Positions 11,457-21,416 of a stretch of DNA of 64,000 nt are shown here, one piece after another. The translations under genes were made by a program, and so were the position numbers. Source of the stretch: an uncultured candidate division Zixibacteria bacterium (GTDB lineage Bacteria > Zixibacteria > MSB-5A5 > GN15 > PGXB01); contig OY969724.1 of NCBI GenBank assembly GCA_963702205.1, forward strand, positions 2,752,001 through 2,816,000. Reading direction: 5' to 3'. The notes beneath the pieces were generated by a model that saw nothing but the letters and a program-made list of their open reading frames with translations, did not search any database and was not told the origin of the DNA. Position 1 is the first letter of the stretch, and every line of letters starts with the position of its first letter.

Positions 11457-13234
11457 CCGCCTACCAAACTGAAAATTGATTCAATTATGAACATAATTCC
11501 CGATGTCAAACGTGCCGTAGGACGGCTGTCGGTGGCGATTGAAACCGAATTGTTGAACAGGTTTATATCGGCAGAGATTTTGTTGTCAGGATCAACGAAT
11601 ACTGATTTTACAGGATATTCCGACTTGATTTTAATTCGCTCCGAATATTTGTCTGAATCCCAGATATATGAAAGAGTGTCTTCATTGTACAAAATTACAT
11701 CATACTCAACCGGTATCAATGTCGTCCCAGTACGGCTCAAGACAAACTCACTTTCATAAGTTATAGAATCGACCTTATGATAGGATAAATCGGAGACGGC
11801 GAAGTCGAGATTTTCGCAAGTAGTGAGAAGGTATTCGGCTAGCTTTTCTAAATCGGGACCGCCGACGTCATTCAGAAGCGCTAAAAAGGAAACGGTCGAA
11901 ATGCGGTGAAAGAGGTTATCGGTGTAATATTCCTTCCAAAAAACCGATTCCAATGAATCACCCAATAGGTTGAAAATGGTCGCGACCGTCATGGCTCCAC
12001 GGTCATAGAACGTGCTGGTGCATTCGGCCTCTGATGCAAACTGGTCGGCTTGGGAGTTGACCGGATTTTTGCCTTCGGTAGCCAGGGCGCTGAGCCTTTG
12101 ATCGTCGGTGAACGTCGCCTCGAAACCGCCCAGAGAAATCAGATTGGCATTATCACCCCAATACTTCCGGGCTATCTTCTGCGCGAAGTATTCCGAGATA
12201 GATATATCAAGCCACGGTTCTTTATTGCGGTCGGATACAATCATAGCCTTGAACCATTGATTCACCACACCTCGCATCACCAGATATTCATAATAATTAG
12301 ACAGCAATGCTCCGCCTCGCGGCGAGAAGAGAACAATCATGCCGGGATAATCCAGTTCGACCTGGCGAACGGCGTTGATCAATGCTACATTCAATTCGGT
12401 ATATACAAATGGCCCGACATTTTCATTCATGTAGTCAAAGGTGAATCGGACTATATTCATCAGGTCAGGTTCGACTTTTGATTCGTAATCGCGATAATAA
12501 ATTTTGAAAGTTACGTCTGAATGCTGCGAACTATCCACCATATAATTCGGCGACAGGGCCACGGCAAAATCCGACGCCGGACCGAATATGTAAGAACGGG
12601 CAGTTTTGCCTTCAAGTGCGGTTGATTCTATCGGCGGTGATGGGGCGGCAATAATCAGGTTTTCCGGAGCGGTAAGACTGACAATATAAATATAATAATC
12701 ACTTTCGGGAACGGCGAATTGGCTGTAATCCGGCTGCCGCCAAGTTCTGCCATCATGCACCGCCGGGTACGGAAACCAGCCGCTCAGAAAGTACTCACCG
12801 TATGACGCCAACAGCGCTGTGCCGTATTCCGGCATGTGAGTCCTGAATCGAATACGGAGTTTTTGTCCGGCCGTGGTCGGTTTGCCCAGGTTCAGAATGC
12901 CCCGTGTTTTGTTCACTCTAAATTGTGATAATATATCAATTCCATCGAGAAATATCGAATCGATGCTTATAGATCCGTAAAATCCGGCTTTATTCAAGCC
13001 AGCGGGATTTTCGAAACTCCCGGAATAATCAGGAGCATAGCGGTTGGGCGGAAGTTCCAGTTCAAATGTGTTTGATGCCATATTCACCGGTACAGGAATC
13101 GTTATCGTGCCATTGATAATTTTCTGAATTGTATCAAGTGTCGCATCTACTTTGAGCGTGTCATATGGAAAAACCGATGGTGCAATCGTGAGAAAAACAG
13201 AAAAAACAACCGCTGTGATTTTAAGCAACATCAT
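11450..13234 (-). CDS. Secreted M1 aminopeptidase-fold protein lacking Zn ligands (probable pseudo-peptidase)
   Basis: Signal peptide; WFPYPAV, DFAVALS, DYPG, NQWF...EPWLD, FYDRGA and VDPD...D.N..NN landmarks of M1 peptidases, but HExxH reads RGVVN. Confidence 0.8.
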   Translation of the reverse strand: MMLLKITAVVFSVFLTIAPSVFPYDTLKVDATLDTIQKIINGTITIPVPVNMASNTFELELPPNRYAPDYSGSFENPAGLNKAGFYGSISIDSIFLDGIDILSQFRVNKTRGILNLGKPTTAGQKLRIRFRTHMPEYGTALLASYGEYFLSGWFPYPAVHDGRTWRQPDYSQFAVPESDYYIYIVSLTAPENLIIAAPSPPIESTALEGKTARSYIFGPASDFAVALSPNYMVDSSQHSDVTFKIYYRDYESKVEPDLMNIVRFTFDYMNENVGPFVYTELNVALINAVRQVELDYPGMIVLFSPRGGALLSNYYEYLVMRGVVNQWFKAMIVSDRNKEPWLDISISEYFAQKIARKYWGDNANLISLGGFEATFTDDQRLSALATEGKNPVNSQADQFASEAECTSTFYDRGAMTVATIFNLLGDSLESVFWKEYYTDNLFHRISTVSFLALLNDVGGPDLEKLAEYLLTTCENLDFAVSDLSYHKVDSITYESEFVLSRTGTTLIPVEYDVILYNEDTLSYIWDSDKYSERIKIKSEYPVKSVFVDPDNKISADINLFNNSVSIATDSRPTARLTSGIMFIIESIFSLVGGW

Positions 13235-13982
13235 TTACCAGAGAACCGATGCCTTCGATCCTTACTTCAACCCTGTCCCCGGCCTCCAGCGGAGAAACGC
13301 CTTTAGGTGTTCCGGTCGAAATCAAATCGCCGGGATAGAGCGTCATGATTTTCGATATGTACGCTATCAGGGTATTGACGGGGAAAATCATATTCGACGT
13401 GCGAGCTTCCTGTTTCAGTTCACCGTTGACAAATGTCTGAAGCTGGAGGTCTTCATAATTGATGGTATCTATCACCCACGGACCGACCGGGCAGAAGGTG
13501 TCGAAGCCTTTGGCCCTTGTCCATTGTTTATCTTTTTGCTGCAGGTCGCGGGCGGTGACATCATTGACACAGGTAATGCCGAAAACGTAATCTTCGGCTT
13601 CGACTGCGGCAACCTTCCGGCATTCCCGCCCGATGACAATGCCCAGTTCGCCTTCGTAATCGACTCGGTCGGATTCATCGGGTCGTACGATTGCCGCACC
13701 GGGACCGACCAGCGCCGATGGCGGCTTGAAAAACAACACCGGTTCTTTGGGAATTTCATCTCCCGGCCGCGCCTCACCGACATGCTCTTTGTAGTTCAGG
13801 CCGACACAAATAATTTTCGACGGCATCACCGGGGCCAGCAGTTTTATCTGGCCGGGTACATAGCGGCGGCCTTCAGGTGTTCCTCCCCGGGCCGGGTCGT
13901 CGGACAGGCGCACAACGTCGCCGTCTTTATATATTCCCCACCCACGGCCGTCGGGGGCTTCGAACCGTATATATCTATCCAT
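13221..13982 (-). CDS. Fumarylacetoacetate hydrolase family protein
   Basis: KIICVGLNY, DYEGELG, NDVTARDLQ, KGFDTFCPVGP, GTPKGV motifs. Confidence 0.95.
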   Translation of the reverse strand: MDRYIRFEAPDGRGWGIYKDGDVVRLSDDPARGGTPEGRRYVPGQIKLLAPVMPSKIICVGLNYKEHVGEARPGDEIPKEPVLFFKPPSALVGPGAAIVRPDESDRVDYEGELGIVIGRECRKVAAVEAEDYVFGITCVNDVTARDLQQKDKQWTRAKGFDTFCPVGPWVIDTINYEDLQLQTFVNGELKQEARTSNMIFPVNTLIAYISKIMTLYPGDLISTGTPKGVSPLEAGDRVEVRIEGIGSLVNDVA

Positions 13983-14920
13983 TAACTTTTCACCAGTTCC
14001 TTTACATGTTCATATATGCACCGGGCGTTGGCATCGGGATTATACCCCCCTTCCACTACCGAGATCATGCGCCCACCGCTGTGCATTTCTGATACTTCGG
14101 CCAGCCTTCGGGTCATCCGGCCAAAATCCTGCTCGGTCAATGCGAGCCCGCCAAGCGGGTCATCCCGGTGCGCATCAAATCCGGCCGATATCAAGATAAT
14201 ACTCGGCTTAAAATCTTCAAGACAAGAAATAACTTTATTTTTAAAAATTTCCAGGTATTCCGTACCGGCCGTGGCAGGAGGCAGCGGGATATTGAGAGTA
14301 TATCCCTCACCATCCCCGGAACCGGTTTCATCGGCCCGGCCCGTACCGGGATAAAACGGATACTGATGCAGCGAAATGAACATTACATCGGAGCGACCAT
14401 AAAAAATATCCTGAGTGCCGTTACCGTGATGCACGTCCCAGTCAACTATGGCGATCTTCTCTATGTCGTGATAATGGGCCAGCGCCTCGGCCACAACCGC
14501 AATATTATTGAACAGGCAAAAACCCATCCCCCGGGTCCGGGTTGCGTGGTGTCCGGGCGGGCGACCGATCAATAGCAGGCGTTGAAAATTGCCTTTTGCG
14601 ACTTCGCGGGCACAGGAGACTGCCGCCCCGGCCACGTTGCAGGCGGCCTTGTACGATCCGGGGGCGATATATGTATCTTCATCCAGTCCCCAGCCGCCGT
14701 TTTCGGATATTGTCTTAACTGCAGCAATATATTCGGGCGTGTGTATTTTCCTGAGAATTTCGGAGGGGTCTTCATAAATATCTATAAATTGCAAATCATC
14801 GCCCAAATCCGAATTACGCAGATATTCCGGAACGGCGAACAGACGCGCGGCGTTTTCCGGATGATCTCCCGGGTCGGGATGCAAATCCTCATGGATCAAT
14901 GATATAATGCCGACTTTCAT
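13982..14920 (-). CDS. Histone deacetylase family protein
   Basis: HPEN, RPPGHHA, GFCLFNN, DWDVHHGNGTQ, SAGFDAH, EGGY motifs. Confidence 0.95.
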   Translation of the reverse strand: MKVGIISLIHEDLHPDPGDHPENAARLFAVPEYLRNSDLGDDLQFIDIYEDPSEILRKIHTPEYIAAVKTISENGGWGLDEDTYIAPGSYKAACNVAGAAVSCAREVAKGNFQRLLLIGRPPGHHATRTRGMGFCLFNNIAVVAEALAHYHDIEKIAIVDWDVHHGNGTQDIFYGRSDVMFISLHQYPFYPGTGRADETGSGDGEGYTLNIPLPPATAGTEYLEIFKNKVISCLEDFKPSIILISAGFDAHRDDPLGGLALTEQDFGRMTRRLAEVSEMHSGGRMISVVEGGYNPDANARCIYEHVKELVKS

Positions 14921-14970
14921 GCGAATAGGAATATATTATGCATGTGCCTGTGTCAAGGTTTTACAAAATA

Positions 14971-16320
14971 TCAGATTTCTTTTAATTTCCAGTGCCCCCG
15001 CGAGAACCAGTATAGTATCACGAGCGCTTTCAAAACCGATGTTACCGTCAACGACCACCATACCCCATTAATGCCGACGTCCAGAACAAAGCACAGAAAA
15101 TAGGCAATCGGCAGTCGGAGAAGCGAGCCGGTGATGGAAACCGTCATCGGCGGAACCGTATCTCCAGCGCCTGAAAAGGCCCCTTCGAGAATGATTTCAA
15201 TGCCCATAAACAGCTGAGACAGGCCGAGTATTATTAAATAATCGACGGCAATGGCTATTACGGCCGGATCGGATGAAAACGCTCTGGCGATCGTGCTCGG
15301 AATGCTGATAAAAAATATTGAAATTACTACTGTCTCGGCAATGAAGATAAACAGCGTCCCGTAGGCGCACCTGGCGGCCCTTTCCGGCTTTTTGGCGCCG
15401 AGATTTTGTCCCACCATAGTCGATGCCGCGGTGGAAAACCCGAACGATGTCAGAAACGACAGCGCCTCCATTCGGTTGCCGACGCCCATCGCCGCTCCCG
15501 CCGCATCGCCGTAATGGTGGACGATTTGTATTAGAAACCAGTACACCCCCACGAAGGTCAGATTCTGCACCGAAATCGGCAGACCAATCTTGAATATCTT
15601 GCCAATTAATTGAAAATCCGGCTTTATTCTGAAAATTCCCGTCAACGGAAACCCCAGCCGGTCTTTAAAAATTAAAATCAGGAAAATCACCAGGCTTAAA
15701 AATACCGAGATGATCGTGGCCAGGGCCGCGCCGGAAACTCCCATCCTCGGAAACGGTCCGACTCCGAAAATCAAAATCGGGTCGAGTACGATATTCAATG
15801 CCGTCCCCGACGCCATTGCAATAGTAGGTGACTTGGTATCCCCGGTCGCCCGAAAGGCCGCCCCGAAGGCATCGTTAATGAAGAACATGAAGACCGCGAA
15901 AAACAGAATTCTCAAATATGAAGTGCCATATCCGAGCACGACCGGGCTGGCTTTCATGAATTTCAAAATGCCTGGGGCTAAGATAAATCCGATCGTGACA
16001 AAAACCGCCGCGACCACGATGGCCGTATGAATCCCCTGCCGGAAGACGTAGGCGGCTTTAGCTTCGTCTTTGGCGCCGATAGCCCGGGATATTAGTGCTG
16101 TTAGGCCAGTAACTATAATAGAAATTACGGAAAAGGCCGTCCACGTGACAATCATCGACGAGACAATAGCGTCCTGTTCGGGCGTCCCGAGCCGACCGAC
16201 CCAGAAAAAATCGGTGACCGATAGTGCGAATTCCAAAAGCATCGACGCCACCACCGGCCACGCCAGCCGGAAAATGGTGGATAAAATAGGCCCTTCGGTT
16301 ATGTTTTGAACTCTTGACAT
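14971..16320 (-). CDS. MATE family efflux transporter
   Basis: Multi-TM protein with LAWP, GDTKSP, NIVLDPILIFG, GAALAT, GQNLGA MATE motifs. Confidence 0.95.
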   Translation of the reverse strand: MSRVQNITEGPILSTIFRLAWPVVASMLLEFALSVTDFFWVGRLGTPEQDAIVSSMIVTWTAFSVISIIVTGLTALISRAIGAKDEAKAAYVFRQGIHTAIVVAAVFVTIGFILAPGILKFMKASPVVLGYGTSYLRILFFAVFMFFINDAFGAAFRATGDTKSPTIAMASGTALNIVLDPILIFGVGPFPRMGVSGAALATIISVFLSLVIFLILIFKDRLGFPLTGIFRIKPDFQLIGKIFKIGLPISVQNLTFVGVYWFLIQIVHHYGDAAGAAMGVGNRMEALSFLTSFGFSTAASTMVGQNLGAKKPERAARCAYGTLFIFIAETVVISIFFISIPSTIARAFSSDPAVIAIAVDYLIILGLSQLFMGIEIILEGAFSGAGDTVPPMTVSITGSLLRLPIAYFLCFVLDVGINGVWWSLTVTSVLKALVILYWFSRGHWKLKEI

Positions 16321-16353
16321 TGGCAGTTATTCTAAAGGGATCAATGTGAACGG

Positions 16354-17892
16354 TCAATCATTAAAATCGATATAGTACTCGATCTTAAGGTCTTCGCCCG
16401 TGGCCCATTTTAGCAGCTCCCGCCAATCATAACGGTCACCATAACGTAGGCAATTCTGAGTCAGATACTGGCGGGTGGCGGGATTATCCATGACTTTGCC
16501 ATTGGTTGTTTTCATATTATGATAAACCTGCCCCGCAACCAGAAGACCGAGCAGTCTGTTATGAGCGTCGACCGGGTGCCTGGCGTCATAGAGAGCCATC
16601 AGGCGGGCTTTCATATCCGGCGGAGCCATATCATAGAATATTTCGTTGTACAAGTCCGAATATAACTTTTCAACATCGTCAACCGAACCGGTATACAGCT
16701 CTTTTTCCAGCATAGCACAAAAGACACGGTACCTGAGCTTGATTAAAAGATAGTACTGATAGAAATCCTGCCAGTTTTTGAGACCTTGATCGGAGGTGCC
16801 AAGATATATCTTAAGAAATTCCGGCTCGAACATGAAGCGGTCAAATACATCGCGAATCGCTTCCGACCAAACCGTCGAAGACGGCTGCCGGAAGAGATAG
16901 TCTTTTTGGTCGATTAGCGAAGCATAAAGGGCCAGCCCCGTGTTTTCAAAAAGACCTTCAAGAGAACCGGGCGATGGATACATGGCAGCTGAAATTCGGA
17001 TATCATCGGGAACGTGAATAATAAAAGTTTTGGTCGGGCCGGTCACTCCGGAATCGGCGAAAAAGTAATAAATCGGCATTTTGTCGATATCGAACCCGGC
17101 TGATTTGCAGGCTTCATGGACGATTCTGTTTTGGTCGTCACGGTCGAGACTTACTGAAATATAATTTCGTAAGCCGGGACGGTACGAAAACAGTCCCGGA
17201 TTTCTCGCTTCCGGCGAATTGGATCGGTTCAGGTGCACCCGGAATGCCGAGTCGGTCTTGAGGAGAAGCTGTTGACACACGGAATCAATAAAGTCCGTGC
17301 TTAAATTTTCAGTTTTCAAAACCAGACTATAGTATGAATTATATCCCAGCCTTTTGGCCGCGATATTTCTTTTGCGAATCAGAGACAACAGCATGTCACC
17401 ATACTTGTCGCCATTGTTTTGTTTTACAAGGTATTCCGCCCGAAGCAAATCGCGCCCGATATCATAAATATAAACGTTGTCTCGCCCCGCCCGGTCGGCC
17501 ATGTGCAACCTCAGATCAAGGGAATCACTTAAGGCCACGACATCCGGATCGGTTTCAACCTGCTCGACAAGAGAGCTGGCATAGATAATGTCCATTTTAC
17601 GCTCCAGGACCTCATCTTTCGACGACAAACGGAAATGCTCGATGCTCTTTGTGATCTGCGGATCGGCCAGGAAATTATCGAGTATTTGTCGATATAGTTT
17701 CAGTGAATCAGATGAAATATCGCCTTTGTATTCCCAGAGCTTTAGCCTGTAGGCCGTTTCGTATTTTTCGAGATTGTTCTCGAAATTGCCGACGAATTCG
17801 TCGGCATTGCCTCCGGTGAATTCAGATTGTTGAGCGCAACCGACACATATCCAGACGGTAACAATAGATAATATTAGAATCTTCGCCTTCAT
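16354..17892 (-). CDS. Lipoprotein with M2/M3 peptidase-like fold lacking HExxH (probable pseudo-peptidase)
   Basis: Lipobox VGC; RNIAAKRLGYNSYY, PDDIRIS, WSEAI and W.EL...ATGE.L landmarks; HExxH position reads ENTGL. Confidence 0.75.
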   Translation of the reverse strand: MKAKILILSIVTVWICVGCAQQSEFTGGNADEFVGNFENNLEKYETAYRLKLWEYKGDISSDSLKLYRQILDNFLADPQITKSIEHFRLSSKDEVLERKMDIIYASSLVEQVETDPDVVALSDSLDLRLHMADRAGRDNVYIYDIGRDLLRAEYLVKQNNGDKYGDMLLSLIRKRNIAAKRLGYNSYYSLVLKTENLSTDFIDSVCQQLLLKTDSAFRVHLNRSNSPEARNPGLFSYRPGLRNYISVSLDRDDQNRIVHEACKSAGFDIDKMPIYYFFADSGVTGPTKTFIIHVPDDIRISAAMYPSPGSLEGLFENTGLALYASLIDQKDYLFRQPSSTVWSEAIRDVFDRFMFEPEFLKIYLGTSDQGLKNWQDFYQYYLLIKLRYRVFCAMLEKELYTGSVDDVEKLYSDLYNEIFYDMAPPDMKARLMALYDARHPVDAHNRLLGLLVAGQVYHNMKTTNGKVMDNPATRQYLTQNCLRYGDRYDWRELLKWATGEDLKIEYYIDFND

Positions 17893-19292
17893 TAGCTTTC
17901 TCCGGAAACGGCGACCGGTTTTGAAACTTCATCCCTAAAATTGTTCAACAGTTTTGGGTAATTTTCGGCAATTAACTCGAATTTGTCAACCGTCGAGCGA
18001 CCTTTCCCACATCGGGCCAAAATATAGAAAGCCAGCGCCCCGACTCGGTTTGCGAACGGGCCGAAATCATCGCCATTAAGCTCATTGACCGCCTCAATCA
18101 CGAAACCGTCCTCAAGGACACCGCCTTTAACGCCGCATCGGCTGAGATTTTCCACCGTTTCGGCAAACGGCTGGTCGAACCAGATATCCATCTCCGACAA
18201 GCCCCGCATCAGGGTAGTGCCGTCTGATATCGCCGCCATTATCGCAACGAAAGGATAAAACTGCGCAACCGAACGCGAAACACTGTCCGCCAGTTTGCGG
18301 CTTTTGGGCTTGACACCCCTAAAATGTATGTCTCCCAGCGGCCAGCCGGTAATCTGGTCCCGGTTGCTGGTCTGATAATCACAGCCGCACGCCTTAAGAT
18401 ATTGCAGAAATTTGTTAATCGAGCGATTCAGATAGACTAATTGTAAATTGATCTCTTTGCCTTTCAGCACCGCCCAGTTCAGAAAGGCCGAAGTTTCATA
18501 AACGTCGGAGGGCACAGCAAGTTCGCCACCGGAAAGGGCCGTCGACGGCCCCAGCGTTATAAGGCGCGCAAAATCGAGATCGGCCACTTTTTGGCGCTTG
18601 CGGGGATCGTCGGTATCCTGCCGCCACTCAATTTTCGCATCGCGGATTTTTATATCGGCGTTCAGAAAGTTAGCGGTCGCTTCCAACCAGTCATCGGTCT
18701 TATATTCTTCTTCAATTACAATCGAACAGCCCGATGACAGACCGTACATTAAAAGACACGCCTTCTGATACGGCAGCGCACTTTTCAATCTAATTTGAAT
18801 CGGGGCCGGCGTGTTTTGACGGATTATGATAACTCCACGACAAGATGAGCTTTCACCGCAATGAGCCGGATCAAAATGCGATATATCGAGGCTTTCCCTG
18901 TTGAGCATCATCACGAGATTATCGACCGCATCGGGATTGATCTCGCCTTCGTATTCCAAGGTGCATTCTATATTTTCCCCGACCAAAAGGCCTATCGCCA
19001 GCGACAGAGATAAAACGCTCCCTTTGAATTTAAAATTCCGGCCATTTTCACCATCACCGAATTCGGCATAATTAATCACGATGGCGGATTCGTACTTTTC
19101 GACGTCCACCCCAAGCGATGCCAAAAATTTGACGGTGTTATTCGTGTCGTTGCCGCCGTTGTAATGTTTAAGCGTCAATGGCCCTTCAGCCAGTGTCCCC
19201 AAAAACAGAGCCGCCTGCGTTATATTATAATCACCGTCCAGTTCGATTCTTTCGGGCAGGTTCTTTATTGAGTAAATTTCCTGCTTCATCAT
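17892..19292 (-). CDS. Degenerate EPSP synthase (AroA)-fold protein
   Basis: Resembles AroA along its length (GD..I...AL.L..LAEG, LAVPSD...S.AF, GTT..RG..E, ENYP.L) but the KS..HR substrate motif reads YNITQA. Confidence 0.7.
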   Translation of the reverse strand: MMKQEIYSIKNLPERIELDGDYNITQAALFLGTLAEGPLTLKHYNGGNDTNNTVKFLASLGVDVEKYESAIVINYAEFGDGENGRNFKFKGSVLSLSLAIGLLVGENIECTLEYEGEINPDAVDNLVMMLNRESLDISHFDPAHCGESSSCRGVIIIRQNTPAPIQIRLKSALPYQKACLLMYGLSSGCSIVIEEEYKTDDWLEATANFLNADIKIRDAKIEWRQDTDDPRKRQKVADLDFARLITLGPSTALSGGELAVPSDVYETSAFLNWAVLKGKEINLQLVYLNRSINKFLQYLKACGCDYQTSNRDQITGWPLGDIHFRGVKPKSRKLADSVSRSVAQFYPFVAIMAAISDGTTLMRGLSEMDIWFDQPFAETVENLSRCGVKGGVLEDGFVIEAVNELNGDDFGPFANRVGALAFYILARCGKGRSTVDKFELIAENYPKLLNNFRDEVSKPVAVSGES

Positions 19293-21101
19293 CTACATCT
19301 CTTCCGGGGCTTCAATGCCGAGCAATTGCAGGCCTTCATTGATGACTATCCTTACCGCCTCGACCAACGCCATACGCGCCACCGTGGCCGTTTCATCGTC
19401 GGAGATGATCTTTATTATTCTGCCTTCATCGTCTTTCATCTGGTATACGGAATTATACGCCGAGGCCACTTCCAGAAGGTAAGAACTGATCATGAACGGC
19501 TCGCACCCGGACGCAGCTTCCTCGACTACTTGAGGAAAACGGTACAGGACGTGCAAAACGCGGTTTTCTTCGGGCTGACTTAAATATTTAAAATCTATGT
19601 CCTGTGATATTTCCCGACCATATTTTCGCAATAGCGAGCAGAGTCGGGCGTGGGTGTACTGCAAGTACGGCCCGGTTTCGCCCTCGAAACTCAGGACGGC
19701 ATCCCAGTCGAAATTGACATCGATATGTTTGCGTGTCGACAAGTCGGCAAATATTACCGCCCCGGTGCCGATCATGCGGGCGGTCCGGTCGATATTTTCA
19801 AGATCAGGGTTTTTCTCGAGTATTATTTTTCGGGCCAGTTCCGCCGCCTTATGAAGCACGTCTTTCAAAATTACAATGTTGCCCTTACGGGTTGACATCG
19901 CCTTTTCGTTGAAGCGAATCCAGCCGAACTGCACGTGCTCCAACCGGTTCGACATTCGTTCGTCTTCGGGTGTTTTTTCAGCTTCTTCCAATAGCTCAAC
20001 CACTTTGAAAACCTGCTGAAAATGTACTCTCTGAGCGGCATTGACGACATACAGCGCCCGATCGAATTTGAATTCGTTCCAACGATAAAATATTCCGGCC
20101 AGGTCGCGGGTTGCATACAGCGTAGCGCCATCGGCTTTGGTCAGAAGACACGGCGGGAGATTGTACTTATCGAGATTTATCACCAGCGCACCATCGGATA
20201 TTTCGGTCAGACCGGCCGCCTTGAGACGTTCGACGGCGGCATCCATTTTGTCGTTATAAAACGATTCACCGGTATGATAATCGAAAGTTATTCCGAGAAT
20301 ATCGTACGTTTTCTGAAATTCTTCGAGCGACAGGTCGACGAATTCCTTCCACAACTCGGCTTCTTCCTGACTGCCGCTTTCGAGCGCTTTGAACGCCTCG
20401 CGCGCTTTATCGGACATATCGGGATTGTTTTCTTCTTCCTTATGAAAACGAACGTACAGCTCGTTGAGCTTTTCGATCGGATCGTCACCGAGCCCTTCGC
20501 CCCCCCACATCCGATAGGCTACGATTAGCTTCCCGAACTGCGTGCCCCAGTCGCCGAGGTGGTTGATCCCGACCGGTGTGTAACCGAGTTTTTTAAACAC
20601 CCGGTACAGACAAGCACCGATCGCGGTCGAACGCAGGTGTCCGACCCCGAACGGCTTGGCGATATTGGGCGAAGAAAAGTCTATGACGATGGTCTTACTT
20701 TGGCCCACATCCGATGAGCCGAAATCTTCTCCTTCGTCCAAAACCTTCTTCAATACGATCTTTGCCAAAGCTTTGGGAGCGAATTTGGAATTATTAAAGC
20801 CGCCCTTTATGCTATACACGAGTGGATATTTTTCTGGATTGGACGCTATAACCGCTTTTTGGCCTTCCAGGAGTTTCTTATTCAATTCGACAGGATTTAC
20901 GCCCCATCGTTTGGCTGTCTCGAAAAGCGGCAAGGCGTAGTCACCCATCGACAGGTCTTTCGGCCTTTCGATCTTTCCGTATAATTTCTCAGCGTCGAAT
21001 TCCGGGTCATCCGGAAATTCCCTAAGACTGTCCTTGAAAACTTCACGGAAGGCCCAAGCCGTCGACTCGGCCACAATGTATTTTAATTCATCTTTTATCA
21101 T
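19293..21101 (-). CDS. argS: Arginine--tRNA ligase
   Basis: DFSSPNIAKPFGVGHLRST, NHLGDWGTQFG, MSTRKGN, GETGPYLQYTHAR, LLGIEAPEEM. Confidence 0.97.
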   Translation of the reverse strand: MIKDELKYIVAESTAWAFREVFKDSLREFPDDPEFDAEKLYGKIERPKDLSMGDYALPLFETAKRWGVNPVELNKKLLEGQKAVIASNPEKYPLVYSIKGGFNNSKFAPKALAKIVLKKVLDEGEDFGSSDVGQSKTIVIDFSSPNIAKPFGVGHLRSTAIGACLYRVFKKLGYTPVGINHLGDWGTQFGKLIVAYRMWGGEGLGDDPIEKLNELYVRFHKEEENNPDMSDKAREAFKALESGSQEEAELWKEFVDLSLEEFQKTYDILGITFDYHTGESFYNDKMDAAVERLKAAGLTEISDGALVINLDKYNLPPCLLTKADGATLYATRDLAGIFYRWNEFKFDRALYVVNAAQRVHFQQVFKVVELLEEAEKTPEDERMSNRLEHVQFGWIRFNEKAMSTRKGNIVILKDVLHKAAELARKIILEKNPDLENIDRTARMIGTGAVIFADLSTRKHIDVNFDWDAVLSFEGETGPYLQYTHARLCSLLRKYGREISQDIDFKYLSQPEENRVLHVLYRFPQVVEEAASGCEPFMISSYLLEVASAYNSVYQMKDDEGRIIKIISDDETATVARMALVEAVRIVINEGLQLLGIEAPEEM

Positions 21102-21416
21102 TTATTCCATATTCTCGTTATAAAATTCGATCTTATCACCGTTGAGTGCGATGCTGAACAGGATTTTATCGTGCAGGTTTTTTTCGAGTTCGACTTCGAG
21201 TCCGAACATGATTTGTTTAGCCGTTTGTTCGGGGTCCAGACCGGTCTTTTCGCAAAAACCTCGCACATTAAATACCAGCCCGGACTTCTCCGTGGCCAGT
21301 TCACCGACAAAATCCGCTATGGTCGCGCCGTCGATATTCCTGTCGGGGTATTCTTCCCTCAACAGGTGATGAATCTCCCGCGCGATTTCTTCTTTGTCCA
21401 GTTTGAACTTATTCAT
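21102..21416 (-). CDS. Hypothetical protein
   Basis: 104-aa ORF tightly coupled between the MFS gene and argS. Confidence 0.75.
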   Translation of the reverse strand: MNKFKLDKEEIAREIHHLLREEYPDRNIDGATIADFVGELATEKSGLVFNVRGFCEKTGLDPEQTAKQIMFGLEVELEKNLHDKILFSIALNGDKIEFYNENME

